A stretch of 64,000 nucleotides of DNA from assembly GCF_964355755.1 (NCBI RefSeq), contig NC_092675.1, forward strand, positions 24,896,912 through 24,960,911, written 5' to 3'. Source of the DNA: Antedon mediterranea (lineage: Eukaryota > Animalia > Echinodermata). The notes beneath the pieces were generated by a model, which was not told where the DNA came from, searched no databases, and saw nothing but the letters and a program-made list of their open reading frames with translations. The position numbers and the translations under genes are program-made. Position 1 is the stretch's first letter; every line of letters begins with the position of its first letter. Positions 11,406 through 24,800 of the stretch are shown piece by piece.

Positions 11406-14400
11406 ATGTGTGTTGGTCCACTGTGGAGGCTATGTCATTGGGGTCCATTTGTGACTCTCTTTCTGATTTTGTACATTACCACATTATCGGTTTATTGTGA
11501 CCTTGTTTTCTGGCCTCCGACCTTTGACAGCTATGGAAGCATTGTGAATTTTACCATTCTGTCGTCTTGGATATTTTTCATTCTCTTCAATTATTTTAAT
11601 GCTGTGTTCCGTGGACCTGGATTTGTCCCACTTGGATGGAAGCCAGTAAGTTATGTTTTGACAATACTATCTACTATATTCATACTATATTCCTTCACAT
11701 TCTTAATCATATCACAATGAATTGTGCAATGTGCTTCCAGTTTTGTAGAATGAAAAGCAAGAATTTTGCTGATCATGTTTTAGCAGTAGCACACAATGTG
11801 TGAGAGCTGGGGACAGTTTTGCACTCAAATTCGAGAAATAAAACCCTTTTGGTGGCACTAAAAACAAAATTTATTACCTTTATGATTTGTGGCAAACTTG
11901 AAGCCCCTGAAATGTAGTACAGGAAAACTATGAAATATGGTTGAAAAAATTGCAACAGAATTTATTCCACCACAATGCATTTCTATAAGGTCTCTATATG
12001 AACATACTAAAAGTCTAGAAAAATCCAGGTAGGGGAAATAGGTTTTTTTAAACAAAATGGCCGCCAATGGCGAAAATTCCTAAAAAAGGACAAAAAAACA
12101 TAAATGATAGATCTAATTACCACTTTATAACAGTTTTTACAATGGTTTATATATTTCTTTACAATTTCGAAGATCTGACCTACAATAAACACATTATTTT
12201 AAGTGCTGTTAATTAGAAAATGGCCGAAAAACAAATGTTTAAGTATCTAGATATATCCCTATTGTTATAATAATATATAAAACGCAGTCCTTCCTATGCT
12301 TAATACATAGGATTACGGTGTCTATTAATAAATCAGTTCATTTACATTTGTACTGTTATAACAATATATTACAACATTGGTGGTGCCAGTGGGGAGGGGT
12401 ATAGGGATGGGAGATCAAATGGGAAGGGTGAGGGAGTCTGTCCGTCCCCCCATCCCCTCTCCACAATTGGCTATTTTTTATGTAGACAATATGATGATAT
12501 TTCCTAATATAAAACAATACCCCATTGAGTGCTGTTTCAAGGATTTTCATTTTTAAAAGTGAGTAAAACTACCCTTTACCGGTATAATATTATCGGAACC
12601 TCTGGGTGCGCTCCCATTGATGGCCCAGCCAATTGATGCTGGCTTCGCTCTCCACCCCTCTCCCCCCCCCCCTCATCGGGAAAATCCTTGCGCCACAATC
12701 TATTACCGTATTTATTCGGATAAACGCTACATTTAGAAAAATCAAATAAATGCCCCCCTCCCCCTCCATAGGACATCATTTTGAATAACCTACGCCACCG
12801 CACCCCCTCCCCCGCTCCCATCGGACATCATTTTGAATTTATTTCCTCGAATGTACGCCCCGCCACATGCATATTATACACAATATTGTATTTTAACACA
12901 TCTCTATTTGTAATAGAATTTACTGAATGGTGTTGTATTTGTTCATATCTAAAGGGTGTATTTATTTGATTATACACGTTTCCCACATTACACCCACAAA
13001 AATATACGCCTCTCCGAATAAACTCCTCACGACGATTACACGCCCCCACTACCCTCCTTAAAAATCAACCACCAAGGGCATTTATTCAAATAAATGCGGT
13101 AATTTCACTTTCATCTTGTTAGTATCTCATCCTCCATCTATTGGTGGGGAATTGAGCATGTGCTGATGCCGTGGCATTCTTAAAAAATAGTGGAGCAGCA
13201 GTCCAAACCATATTTTCTGCAACGGCAATTCATTTTACTACAACCTTATTTATTATTATTTATAGGTACATCTAATCAACTTTAATAGTTTCTCTGGTGC
13301 TGGTAGTCAATTTGTCATCAATACTTTCCATCTCTAGTCTGTGGGTTGAAGAGTATCTCCTATCCACTGCTATACCTGGTAATAAAGACTCACGAAATGA
13401 AATTTTGCAGCAAGGGAATAGATTTGCTTTTTGCAACTTTCTCAAAGAAAAGAGGCTGTCTAAAGTCTCCATTGACTTCCCTCCATAATATATAGGTACC
13501 AATGCCAAATTCCTGATGCAATGTTTTCTTTGTTTTTTAAACTGTTTGGTTTACAGAATTTGACATACAACTCCTACTGTGATGTGATGATTTTTAAGGC
13601 CAACACCTTTTCCTAAACCAAATTTACTTACGGCCCATAATTATAGCCATTAAACACAATAGTTTACTTTGCCTTCACATAACGTAATAAACATACATGG
13701 TACATAATAAGTGTCTTGAAATGTTGCTGTTTCGGGCCAAGAGGTTTGATGTAGCAAACAGTGGGCAGTGAGATGAAGGTTTCTGAGTAGTCTAGCAGTG
13801 TGTTTGGAGTTAATGGATTAAAAGAGGGCTGCAGGAAAAGTTTAAGATTTTTTTGTTGACCAAATGATGCATTGTGTATGACTGTCTCACATAGATGATA
13901 AAATAGTATATGTGAGGGAATGTGCACTGCTTCTTTATTGATGAATATGGTTGGTTTGACCCATGTGTTCTTTCCTCTTAAATTTATATTCTGTCACGGT
14001 TGCTTCATTTATTGATTTAATACTGTATGTTCTCGATGGGGGAGCACTGTGAATGCATGTAAAGTCTGTCCTTGGTGTGAAGCTCTGTAAAAATTAGTTT
14101 GCTTTTTATACATGGAATCCAGGGATATGATACTACATCCCATCTATTTGGTATAGGAAAAGGTCTTAAAAAGTCTTAACACCTGGGCAGTAGTATGCTT
14201 ACAAACTCTGTAAAACCAAACGTCTCCAAAAAAAAAGAAACCATCGCATCAGAGGAATTGGCATTGGTAGCTATACTGTATGGAGGAGGAATACGTTCTG
14301 GGAGAAAGTAGCAAAAAGCAAAACAGCACTTGAAATAAAGTCTATTCCCCCTACAACAAATGCTGCAAAATGTCATTCCCTGCGTTTATATTACCATGGT

Positions 14401-17400
14401 ACAGCAGTGGATAGAAAGTACTCTTCAACCCACAGACTGGAGGATGGAAAGTTACAAATAGCGTGATGTGTCCATTGATGACAAATTTACCACCAGTACC
14501 ACTGTTTGTGACGAATACCACGGCATCAGCACATGCTTAATTCCTACCTATAGACAGAGGATGATAACTGGACAATGAAAATGAATGGATTAATAGATTG
14601 TACGATTGTATAATTCTATTGTTGTGACAGTACAAATGTAAATGAACTGTTTTATTAGACACCGTAGTCCTGCATTATAATGCATAGGACTACGTTGTCT
14701 ATTATTATAACCGTGGTGATATCTTGATACTTAAATGTGTGTTTTTGTTGCTAAATAGCATTTAAATTAATATGTATATTGCAGTTTAAATGTTTGACAC
14801 TAAGAAATATAAAAAGCATTATAAAAAGTCAAGTGGTAATTAGATATAAAATATATGCTTTTTGTTCATTTTTAGACATTTTTCGCCATTGGCGGCCATT
14901 TTGTTTAAAAAAACCTATTTCCCCTACCTGGATTTTTCTAGACTTTTAGTATGTTCATATAGGGACCTTATAGAAATGCATTGTGGTGAAAAAAATTCTG
15001 TTGCAATTTTTTCAACCTTTTACTGATTCTGAGCATATCTTTCCTGTACTAATGGTAAATTGTAACTGTACTGTACTACAAATCAAAGAGCTACATAGGC
15101 AGGGTAAAAAATCAAACAAGTTAAATCTGCCTCAATAAAAGTTTATTAACACAACATGTTTCGGGCATAGCCCATCATCAGTATATCATATTTTCAAATG
15201 GTTGAGTGTTTTTACAATTCCCAAATCTTTATTATTAGCTATATGTGTTGCCTGAATATTTACATCAAACTAATTCATACATTTTAATAGGAAAAGGACG
15301 AGGATTGTCAATATCTTCAGTACTGTCATTCGTGTAAGAGTTACAAATCACCTAGGTCCCATCATTGTAGGCATTGTAAAAGGTAAAAATAAGGTGCATT
15401 TTTTTGCTATCAAAGTAGAAACCATTGCAAGGCAATCTATCAACAGGATGCTGAGCTCCGGAGATCAAAGGGTTTATCTGTGGCTGCGACACAATCAGTT
15501 TCTCACCCTAAACTGTTTAAATGATTTTCGCAGAGAATATGTACCTACTACAGTACTGTTGGTATTTGTCGCAGCCACACATAAGATCAAAGGACTATTG
15601 GGCCCTGATGTGAGATTGCCTTATTTCAATTATTTCATTAATAGTGTTTTGCTGTTCATTAACTGCATTATTGGGGCATGCCATTTTGTTAGAAGTATTA
15701 CATTATAATGTACTTGCAACATACCGCAGCTGGATGCTCATCCGCCTGCTTATAATAAATATTTGGAATTCGGGGTTTAAAATGTCATTCATTTGTCTTT
15801 TGTTTATTTTTTATTTTAATCTGATTTCTATTTTTAACCAAGAATAAAAACGAATACTCAGTTGTTCTGTTTCATTGGATTCTTTTATTAATATAAATAT
15901 ATTTATAATTAATTATTATTATGTGTATGAAATAAACTCATTAATGGAATGTATCTGTAATTTGTAGATGTGTAATAAAGATGGACCATCACTGTCCTTG
16001 GATTAACACTTGCTGTGGCCACCTAAACCATTCTAGTTTTACATATTTCCTATTTTTTGCTCCGCTTGGGTGCATGCATGGAGCGGCTGTACTTATATTA
16101 ACTGTCTACCATCAAGTTTATAAGGTAATTAATCATTTTTATTGTATATTTTAGTTTACAATAGATGACAATCATCAATTAATTTGGTTTTATACCCTAT
16201 ATGAACTATGGAATTACAATATACTGTTGCTTAGTATTTATATCGCTTTCTATTTGACTATTTCCCTCAAGTTGATAGAAACATCATTTTATAAAATTGG
16301 TTTGTTGATATTTTTCAGACCTTACATTACCCTAGGCATCGCTATCCTCATCTATATAAACCTACATTGGTTCAGTATGATGTCATTCACCTTATATTAA
16401 CATTCCTGGCGATTGGCTTTGCCATTGGTGTTGTGATAGCAGTAGGATTTTTATTTTTTATTCAAGTAAGTTTTGGTTTTCTGATCAAAATCTACAACTA
16501 TCAAACTAGTTAGACAAAAAAAAAGATAATATCATCATGTCCATATACAGTATGGGCACATCATGTTTTGTTGCATAGAGTTTAGAGTTATATTGTTTTG
16601 TATTTAAAGTTAAAAACAGAAGGATTATGTACAGGGTTAATTTGTCTTAAAATTGGAATTATCAAAAAAAGTTATTTCATAAGATTTTTTTTTAATAAGG
16701 TAATGTTTTAATATTAGTGAAGAAAAGTCTTTTGTGTTTTTTTTTTAGATGAAAGTTATAATAAAAAATGAAACTGGAATTGAGGCATGGATTAAAGCAA
16801 AGGTAAGAAGAAGTGGTTGAGATGAACATCTTTTCAATTGTACTTGAGTAGCAGGGACACAGTGTTAGAAACCAACATTGGTTTCTACACAGGCTTCTAA
16901 TAACTTTTTCACTTGTCATATTTTGATCTCCAGATTTATTAAGCATTTTCATTCACATATTCACGAACCTTGCAAAATCTGTTGGGAAAATACAGTTGGG
17001 GCGCTTTTTGACTATTATGCCTGTACTTTGATTGGTCAGTAAACACAAGACTGGTGGAACATCTCTGAACAAAAATGAGGCCCCTCATTATTGTGTTTTT
17101 TCCAAAAAAAACAAACCTGCTTATAACTAACAAGAAAAAAAATTAATATAAAATAAATATTTTTAGGCTGTCTATCGAAAAAGAGATGATGAATTTATTT
17201 ATCCATACCACTTGGGTTGGCGAGAAAATATGAGACAGGTGTTTACCTGGAGTGGAAAACCTAAATCAGATGGAATCATTTGGCCGGTAGCTGAAGGTTG
17301 CAATCAATACACACTGACGGTAATTCAGTATATTACAGTATATTAGATTAATATTAGTTCAGAGTTCATTCCAATTGTACAGCTTGTATAATACTGTAAA

Positions 17401-18979
17401 ACCATATAAGATCTATAAGTATTATTCCCAGTGGGCCGACATTTTCTGAAAATGAGAGTGAGATTTTGCTTCGCATGTGAGGTGTGTCACAACATCATTG
17501 TAGAAAGAACAGTCTCTGTCTAATTTTCCCTGCTGTATTTAAAGAAAAATGTAATATCATTGATCAGTTTGTTTTTTTTACAGATAGAACAGCTAAAACA
17601 AAAAGAAGAAAAACGATTAAGAGCTGTAAGTATTTGAGTATATACAGTAACTATAACCTGGGTTCATTATTCCTGCTGTCAAAAAAAAAAAAATGTACAG
17701 TATACATCATGATAGTTTGGAAAGAATATTACTTTATATCAGAGCACAAAACAACATGAGATAAAAATGTCTGTGGTATTCCATGCTGACTAGGAGAAGC
17801 ATAGCATTTTTAAGTGCTTGTGTTTTAGCTATAAAATCTATAATTGTCTTCACCTCAACTGGAAGAACTACTGTAAATAGAATTCTTAATCCACATTTGA
17901 CTTATCCAAGATCACTAGTTTTGCAATACTACTGTACTTTGGCAAAGCTTAATTTATCTGAGGGTACTAGTTTCTGAATACCATGCTGGCAAAGCTGTAG
18001 TAGTTGATTACTCAGTACTACCAAAGAACTTATAACACAAGAATCTCCTGTTCGTCCGAAGCGCGTAACAATTTCGAAAGGCATTGTGGGATAGAATAGA
18101 GCTATGGGTGGCGCCATTGTGAGCCATGGAGTAGGGCACCCGCATCAAATTAGAAAGTCAAAATCATAGAGGGGATCTGCTAATGCTCTAGGGGGATAGA
18201 GTAATTGACTGAGGAGTAGGGCGCCCGCATCAAATTAGAAAGTCAAAATCATAGAGGGGATCCGCTAATACTCTAGGGGGGATAGAGTAATTGACTTCCT
18301 AGTTTGGAGGAGGCGCTGCTCCATGCTGTGAAATGGCGTCGCCCAGTTTGACCTTTTAACCCTGTACTTCCGATACTGTGTTTTGAATACAAATTGAAGA
18401 ACAGGAGATTCTTGTGTTATAAGTTCTTTGGTACTACCTTGTCAAAACTGTTGTATAGCTTTAATTATTTTTGCCTACTTTTCAGATTGAGTATATTGTA
18501 ATAGGAGACTACAGTGGTTCCTGGTTTCCAATTACTAAAGGGTTTTGTACATGTATACATTTACCTTTTACAGATGAGCCTCGCATTAAAATCAATGAGG
18601 ATGACATTATCTTGGTTACTAGATGGAAAAAGTATGTTTTATTATTATGAAGGTGTTTTATTATACCTATAATAAATAACTAGCATGCTTGCATGCGACT
18701 AACAATTGCAGGGAACATGCTTAAACGTGTTCTGTATTCTGCATGGTTTAACATGACATGAAATAAGATCTCTATGCTAATTATTTTTACATTTTTTAAA
18801 AAAATCATGTATTGTTTAGGTATTGGTTATATGGAGAACTGGTTTTTGAAGCTAACAAAGGAGGTAATAGTGAGAACAAGAAGAAAGTGCGTGGATGGTT
18901 TCCGAGTCGTTGTGCTATTCAGTATAATGTTGCAGATTATCCAGAAGGCAAAAGCCCAGTAAATAAGAAAGATAAATGA
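11406..18979 (+). CDS. ZDHHC6: Palmitoyltransferase ZDHHC6 (DHHC domain + C-terminal SH3-like domain)
   Basis: Exons: 11406-11645 (RLCHWGP...GPGFVPLGWKP), 15291-15382 (QYCHSCKSYKSPRSHHC), 15968-16124 (MDHHCPWINTCCGHLNH), 16319-16465, 16749-16802, ~17168-17319, ~17585-17626, 18486-18631, ~18820-18979 (RGWFPSRC...KKDK*, KKxx ER signal). Confidence 0.95.
11915..15051. mobile_element. Degenerate Academ (AcademX-like) transposon derivative in a ZDHHC6 intron
   Basis: TAG...CTA termini, 3-bp TSD ATG (11912-11914 and 15052-15054), long TIRs. Broken transposase motifs GYDTTSHLFGIGKG (~14120-14165), IPPTTNAAKCHSLR, and PTDW-GWK. Confidence 0.75.
12706..13099. mobile_element. Tc1/mariner(pogo)-like MITE nested in the Academ derivative
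   Basis: TA|ccgtatttattcggataaacgc ... gcatttattcaaataaatgcgg|TA. Related sequence at 60406-60563 and 61407-61583. Confidence 0.7.
15153..15181 (-). ncRNA. Minimal type I hammerhead-ribozyme-like motif (Penelope-like terminal repeat remnant)
   Basis: Minus strand reads CUGAUGA-U-GGGC(UAU)GCCC-GAA-ACAUGU-U, followed by aataaac. Stem I is poorly formed. Confidence 0.5.
18022..18430. mobile_element. P-element-superfamily MITE
   Basis: Perfect ~32-bp TIR caaagaacttataacacaagaatctcctgttc (CANRG end). 7-bp TSD gtactac. Internal ~84-bp tandem duplication at 18128-18297. Confidence 0.85.
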
Positions 18980-19434
18980 AATTAAACTATAGTATAGTAG
19001 TAGTATAGATATATTCTTATGGTGCTTTTAGGGAAGGGCATACCACTAGTAATTTAGGTTTGTTAAGCTTTCTTTTGGGGTGTATGGTAGTAATTTTATT
19101 TAGATGACATGTGTTGTTTCATTATTATTAGATTTTTTTTTCCACTTACTTTGGGTGAATCAATGTGTGAATTAAAAAAGGAATAATAATTTTTATGATG
19201 GAAATATTTATGTTTTAAATGTTGTGTTTTAAAATTGATAAATAATATTATCCGTAATATGAATTTGTCAATTAAGTTTTGAGCAACATTTGTGGTTTTT
19301 TAATAAGTCATAATTTAAAAAGCTATTTATATACCAAAACATTTCTAGTTTATAAAGTTTTGTGAGAGCATGTTTCTGTACTTGTGTTATGTGTTTTTAA
19401 AGTTGTTAATTATCATTTAGCTTTTTATCAGTAA

Positions 19435-19582
19435 AGCTTGGTTCCCACTAGGACACAATGCAAGGACATAGATGCAACGTAAGCGAGTTGACCAATCACA
19501 CATGACTGTTTGAATAATCTATCGCTTGTGATTGGTCAAATCACTTTGCATCCTTGGATTGTGTCCTAGTGGGAACCAAGTT
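19435..19582. mobile_element. Harbinger/Tourist-like MITE downstream of the ZDHHC6 stop
   Basis: TIR agcttggttcccactaggacacaat / attgtgtcctagtgggaaccaagtt, with TAA/TTA flanks. Confidence 0.75.
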
Positions 19583-21669
19583 TTATAAGTCTGGGAATCT
19601 TGTAGGAAGGATGTTTTTTACAATGCTAATCTTATAATTTATGAGAGAATACTCAAACTTGTTGTTCATACCTATAAACGACAGAGCTTGCACTTGTGAG
19701 TTTTAGATCACAAGCCAAAGTAAACAGCAGGTACTGTAATAATGTTTATACATACTGTATATTAACTATGATGCATATATAACTATACTGAGTTTCGAGC
19801 ATAAGTTATGTCAAATAAACAAATAATTGATGACACTGTACTGTAGGGGCAAGTTTTCACTTTAAACTAATAATATTATGTGCAGAATTATGCAGGTCTG
19901 TGTCTGGTATACAATAATTGTCTAGCTTGTGAAGTTGACGCAACACACAAAAAATAGGAGTGTTCTCCTCAAAACTTATTATCACATTAATGGAAAAATA
20001 TAGAGATGAAACCGCTAAAGCAAATTTTTTTAGCGAATGTAGGTGGGGAGAAAATTACTGTAATAATTAAGAATAATAAACGCACACCTTGAAAATGGTC
20101 AATTTCCTGCTGTGATAGGGGGCCGCCAGCCCTTATTAGCTCTTCCTCATTTTAGAAGTCCTGGATCTGCCCCAAGCAGTACCTTGTGCTATAGAGTCTA
20201 TTTAGTTAATGTTGTAGAAGTCTAGTGTAATTTAGTCAATTCACTCAGTTTACAGGCCTGAAAAAAGCATAAAAAATTGGAAAAATCATTGTACATGTAA
20301 TTGGTAATTAAGATGTGTTTCATTTACATTGTAAGATCAAGCGACACGTTTCTTTATTTGGTTAAAACAAAGTTTAAACATCACAACTAAGTACAACAGT
20401 TGCACAGTTGATTTTAGATCAACCTATGACATGTCTGTATTATTGATTTTATTAGTTTTTAAATAATATTATGAAAGGAATAATTATTTTTGCTTTGTGC
20501 TTCCACCAGAATTAAATGGGCATTCTTAATTATATGTAATGCCAAAAAAACTATAAACATCATTTTAGCATTTTGTAATAATTTAATTTTATATACAATT
20601 TAACATTTTTTACTTTTTTTTATAATTAGGATTGCCCCATTTATTGTCTTTTTTTTATGTTAGTTCACATGTCAGTGTTTTACATTTTGTCTGAAAGTTG
20701 TAAGCTCAAGTATTATACATATGAAACGCCAAATTATTTGTCTTTTTACTTATATTATGGTCTAGAACCTAGACTACCGTATGATTATTCCTCTGAATTT
20801 TGCAAATGACAAATATTTATTGAATATATTGATTGCGACACATTATGCAATAGTTCTAAGCTTATGGTTTCTACACAATCAGATAATTTAAAAAAATCAA
20901 GTGTCCATGATCAATCATATGACCATTGCACCAAGCACTAAATCCCCACAATGCAACAGGGGTCAGGTCACATTCATCTGATTTGAATTAGATAATTGGT
21001 GGTTAGTGTATTTAGTAGTTATTCTTAACTTTTGGGTTTAGTACTGTGAGTAATGCAATAAACATGAAAACTGAATGATATTGGCAACATATTACTATTA
21101 TATGACTTCTTGTACATCCATGATTTACTGCAATCTACAAACAAATGTTTTAATCAAAAAATGAAAGTCTGTGGTTGACAAATGGAGTGAAAAAAAAACT
21201 ACTACAGTACTACTCTGTACGACTATACTAAAATAAATAATATAGCCTACCATTATATATATGTATACTGTATACCGCTGGTATTCTTTTCAAGATAGTG
21301 TGAGCTTCTTTTCTATATTTGAATATCAAAGGAACAAAATGCCAGATAACTTGGGTTATGCAGATATAAATGTAAAGTTTTATGTGATATTTTTTTAATG
21401 GAATTTTGATCACAAATTATTTAAAAGTGGTAGGTATGTCTAAACAATTCTAGTAAATTCACAAACTTGACAGCATTCACATATTAATATTATATTATAT
21501 AAAAATAATAAATCATGGTGTATTTGTGATATAAATTAATTCGTAATTGAGGCATATTATTATTATTTACTAAATAATATACTATTGTCAGTTTTGCTTG
21601 TTGTAATACTATCAAAATACATACTCTCTTTTGGAAATGTATGCCTTGCACACATTTTCTTTAAATCTC

Positions 21670-21808
21670 CGGTGTGGCCCACATGACTCCCCTACCTCTC
21701 GCTCTCTCTCCTCGTGCGCCGCGCCTCGCTGCCTCGCACACCCTCTTTGTGTTATTTACGTATAATAGAGGGCGTTTTAAATATTTTCCGAATTTCAAAC
21801 GCCAAAAC
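21670..21808 (+). promoter_or_regulatory. CpG-rich PPWD1 promoter/5'UTR
   Basis: CpG-rich patch (cgtgcgccgcgcctcgc) immediately upstream of ATG 21809. Confidence 0.55.
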
Positions 21809-24800
21809 ATGGCTGACTCTGCAACATCATGTCAACAAGACGCTACAGAATCTAACCGAAAACGAGAAATTTCAAATGATAATGACGAAGACAACGAATG
21901 GATCGGACCCTTGCCGACTGAGGCTGTTCAAAAAAAGAAACGAAAAGGTGTGTAGGCCTAGTATTGGTGGTGTATGTTATGCTAGGCCTACTCCTATACT
22001 ATTATTACGTAAGAGAGCTAGCCTAGGCCTATATAGGCTTGCCGAAGCTAGGTGCGGGCCTGCCTACTAGACTCTGGAGAGGCAGGCCTAGGCCGATGAC
22101 TTGCGACGCCATTCATCCGGCCGCCGTGTAAATAATCGCTAGTTCCCTATTTTAAACTCCAAATAATATATTGTTAACCAACTTTATCCTGAATAATTTC
22201 TTTTTTTTTTCTTTTCAGTTTTGGAATTCCAAGATGTTTACCTACAAAATTTACCATGTGCTGAGGGATATGAACAAAGTTTTATGCATCGTGATGTTGT
22301 TACACATGTTGCAGTGTCAAAGTAAGTGTCATACTGACTTCAAGTTCAAGTTTTTATGCACTTGTCAATTGTATGAGCTACAGTATGACCCACTATACGA
22401 CCCCCCCCCCCCCCCCACCCCGGGAAAGGTGTGTCAAGGGTGAGTCATTTACAAATAATTACTGCGTGCGTCAAAAACCTAAAAGGTACGTCACATCAAT
22501 AAACAATGGTGTGTCAATGTTCGTCACTTTACCACTCAACACATAAACAACATGGTCACAGTGCGTAAAAATGAGTGCATCATGGTCACCTAAAGGTAAG
22601 TCACATTTTTTACGCATGGGTGCGTCATGGTATGAAGACATCAGACAAATGACGCACCTCTCCCGGGGGTTTTATAGTGGGTCATACAATTGAAAAGTGC
22701 ATTAACTTGTTACTCTAGCCCGGGATTTCATTTGTTTTTTTACTTGACATCAATAAAAGAAAACTCTGATTGAAAAAATTAGCATCTAGCTTTAAAAGTA
22801 GACAAACTAACTGTAAATGGTGAACCTAATAAGTACTGTACACTAATTGTTTTATTTTATTTTATCATATTAACCAACAGCAATGAAAGTTGCCACTTAA
22901 TGGTATGAAACAAAAACAGATACAATTAATACTCTAAGTATGAAGCAAACTTAAATAAAGATATGTTAAATAGTATACAAATAATGAATGTTTATGAGTG
23001 CAATGGTACAAATAATGGCACGAGGTGAATGATGAAAGGTTATATCAACGAGGCAAAGCCGAGTTGATATAACCTTTCATCATTCACCAAGTGCCATTAT
23101 TTGTACCATTACACGAATACAAAACATTCATTATTTGTTTTATATAACATCTAGACGTTTTTTTTTTGTACACAAAAATGTTTCAAAAAGTACTATTTAA
23201 CGATCGTTGAATAGTGCGTACTATTGCACGCCATGTGACCCACATTCGTCCAATCAAATGACAGGAATTTATATAGGTGTTATATAATAAAATTTAGCCT
23301 ATTGAGCACTATTTAATTATTAAAAAAAAAAGTTTGGGAAAATAAATAAATAAAATGGATGTGTGAATTCTATTGATTAATATTTGCAGGACAAACTTTG
23401 TGATAACAGCCAGCATTGATGGCCATGTGAAATTCTGGAAGAAACAAGCAGAAGGAGTGGAATTTGTCAAACATTTCCGGGCACATCTTGGTAATATGCA
23501 ATTCATCTATACAAATAATGAAAGTTTTTGAGTGCGATAGCTCAAGTGAAAATAGAATTTCATACTTCACTAAATGAAATTATTGTACGATCGCATGAAT
23601 ATAAAACATTCATTATTTGTTTTATATTACATCTAAGTAGATTCTTGTTATAAACATTATTGCCTTAGTTCTGATATTGTTTTGAAGGAAAAACCTTATG
23701 CCATTATTTGTACCATCACACTCATAAACATTCATTATTTGTATACTATTGCATGCCACGTGAAAATATTGTAGTTACTAAACCACTTTGAAATCAGTAC
23801 ATTCGTATTGAAAGTGCGTTTCAGATAAAAGAAAATATTTTTCTGAAAATCAGTAGGTATGATCTGTACTTTAAAAGTTATCTATGTTATTGTATTATAA
23901 TTTTATTTTGTTAAGTAATGATAATAGTTCTTTATTGTATTTTATAATACAGGCTCTATTGTTAGTATATGTGTGAGTAGTGATGGGCTACTACTGTGTA
24001 CAATATCAGATGATAAAACATTAAAGGTTTTTGATATTATTAACTTTGGTAAGTTTTTATGCATATACTTTTATTTAATAAGTAATATGTTACACAAATG
24101 TGTTTAGTTTATATTTTATAGTTGCAATATGAGGCATATGATGTTAATTGAACATTGGATTATGTTTATATTTAAAATTTGTTGGTTGTCTTGTCTGTTT
24201 GTTCTATAGGCCTACTAATTTATCTTTGCTAAATATTCATACTGAACTTTATTTCTGAATAGTTTCCGGTGTATGTGGAAGGCTAAACAAATAATGATTC
24301 TCGATATTCAGAAAATGAATTTGATGCATACTGTATAACTATCGTTTCAATGCATGCAACTCATGATTTGAAGGCCATTCAGCTTCAACATTCAATGTGT
24401 AACATCATAACACCATTTCACAGCAGTCATTATACAAAACATACTATATAATTTTCTACTTTATTTTTCTTTTAATATAGACATGATAAATATGATGAAA
24501 CTTCCATATGTACCAAGCTGTTGTGAATGGGTGTACAAATCTGGTGATGCTATATCAACATTAGCAATGTAGGTTTGTTTGTGTCGTTAGCGTACAGAAA
24601 CAAAGTAGCTGCTGAAAAAATTTGTCTTTTACTAATTTTGATTAAAATATATTTTATTTATAGTATAAATGGAGTAAACCAAAGCTTTATATTTTCAGAG
24701 GACAACATGATAATGGTGTGATAAATGTGTATGATGGACGAGGTGAAAACAAGCCACTTAAAACACTAGACAGTCTACATTCAGCACAGGTTATTTTTAT

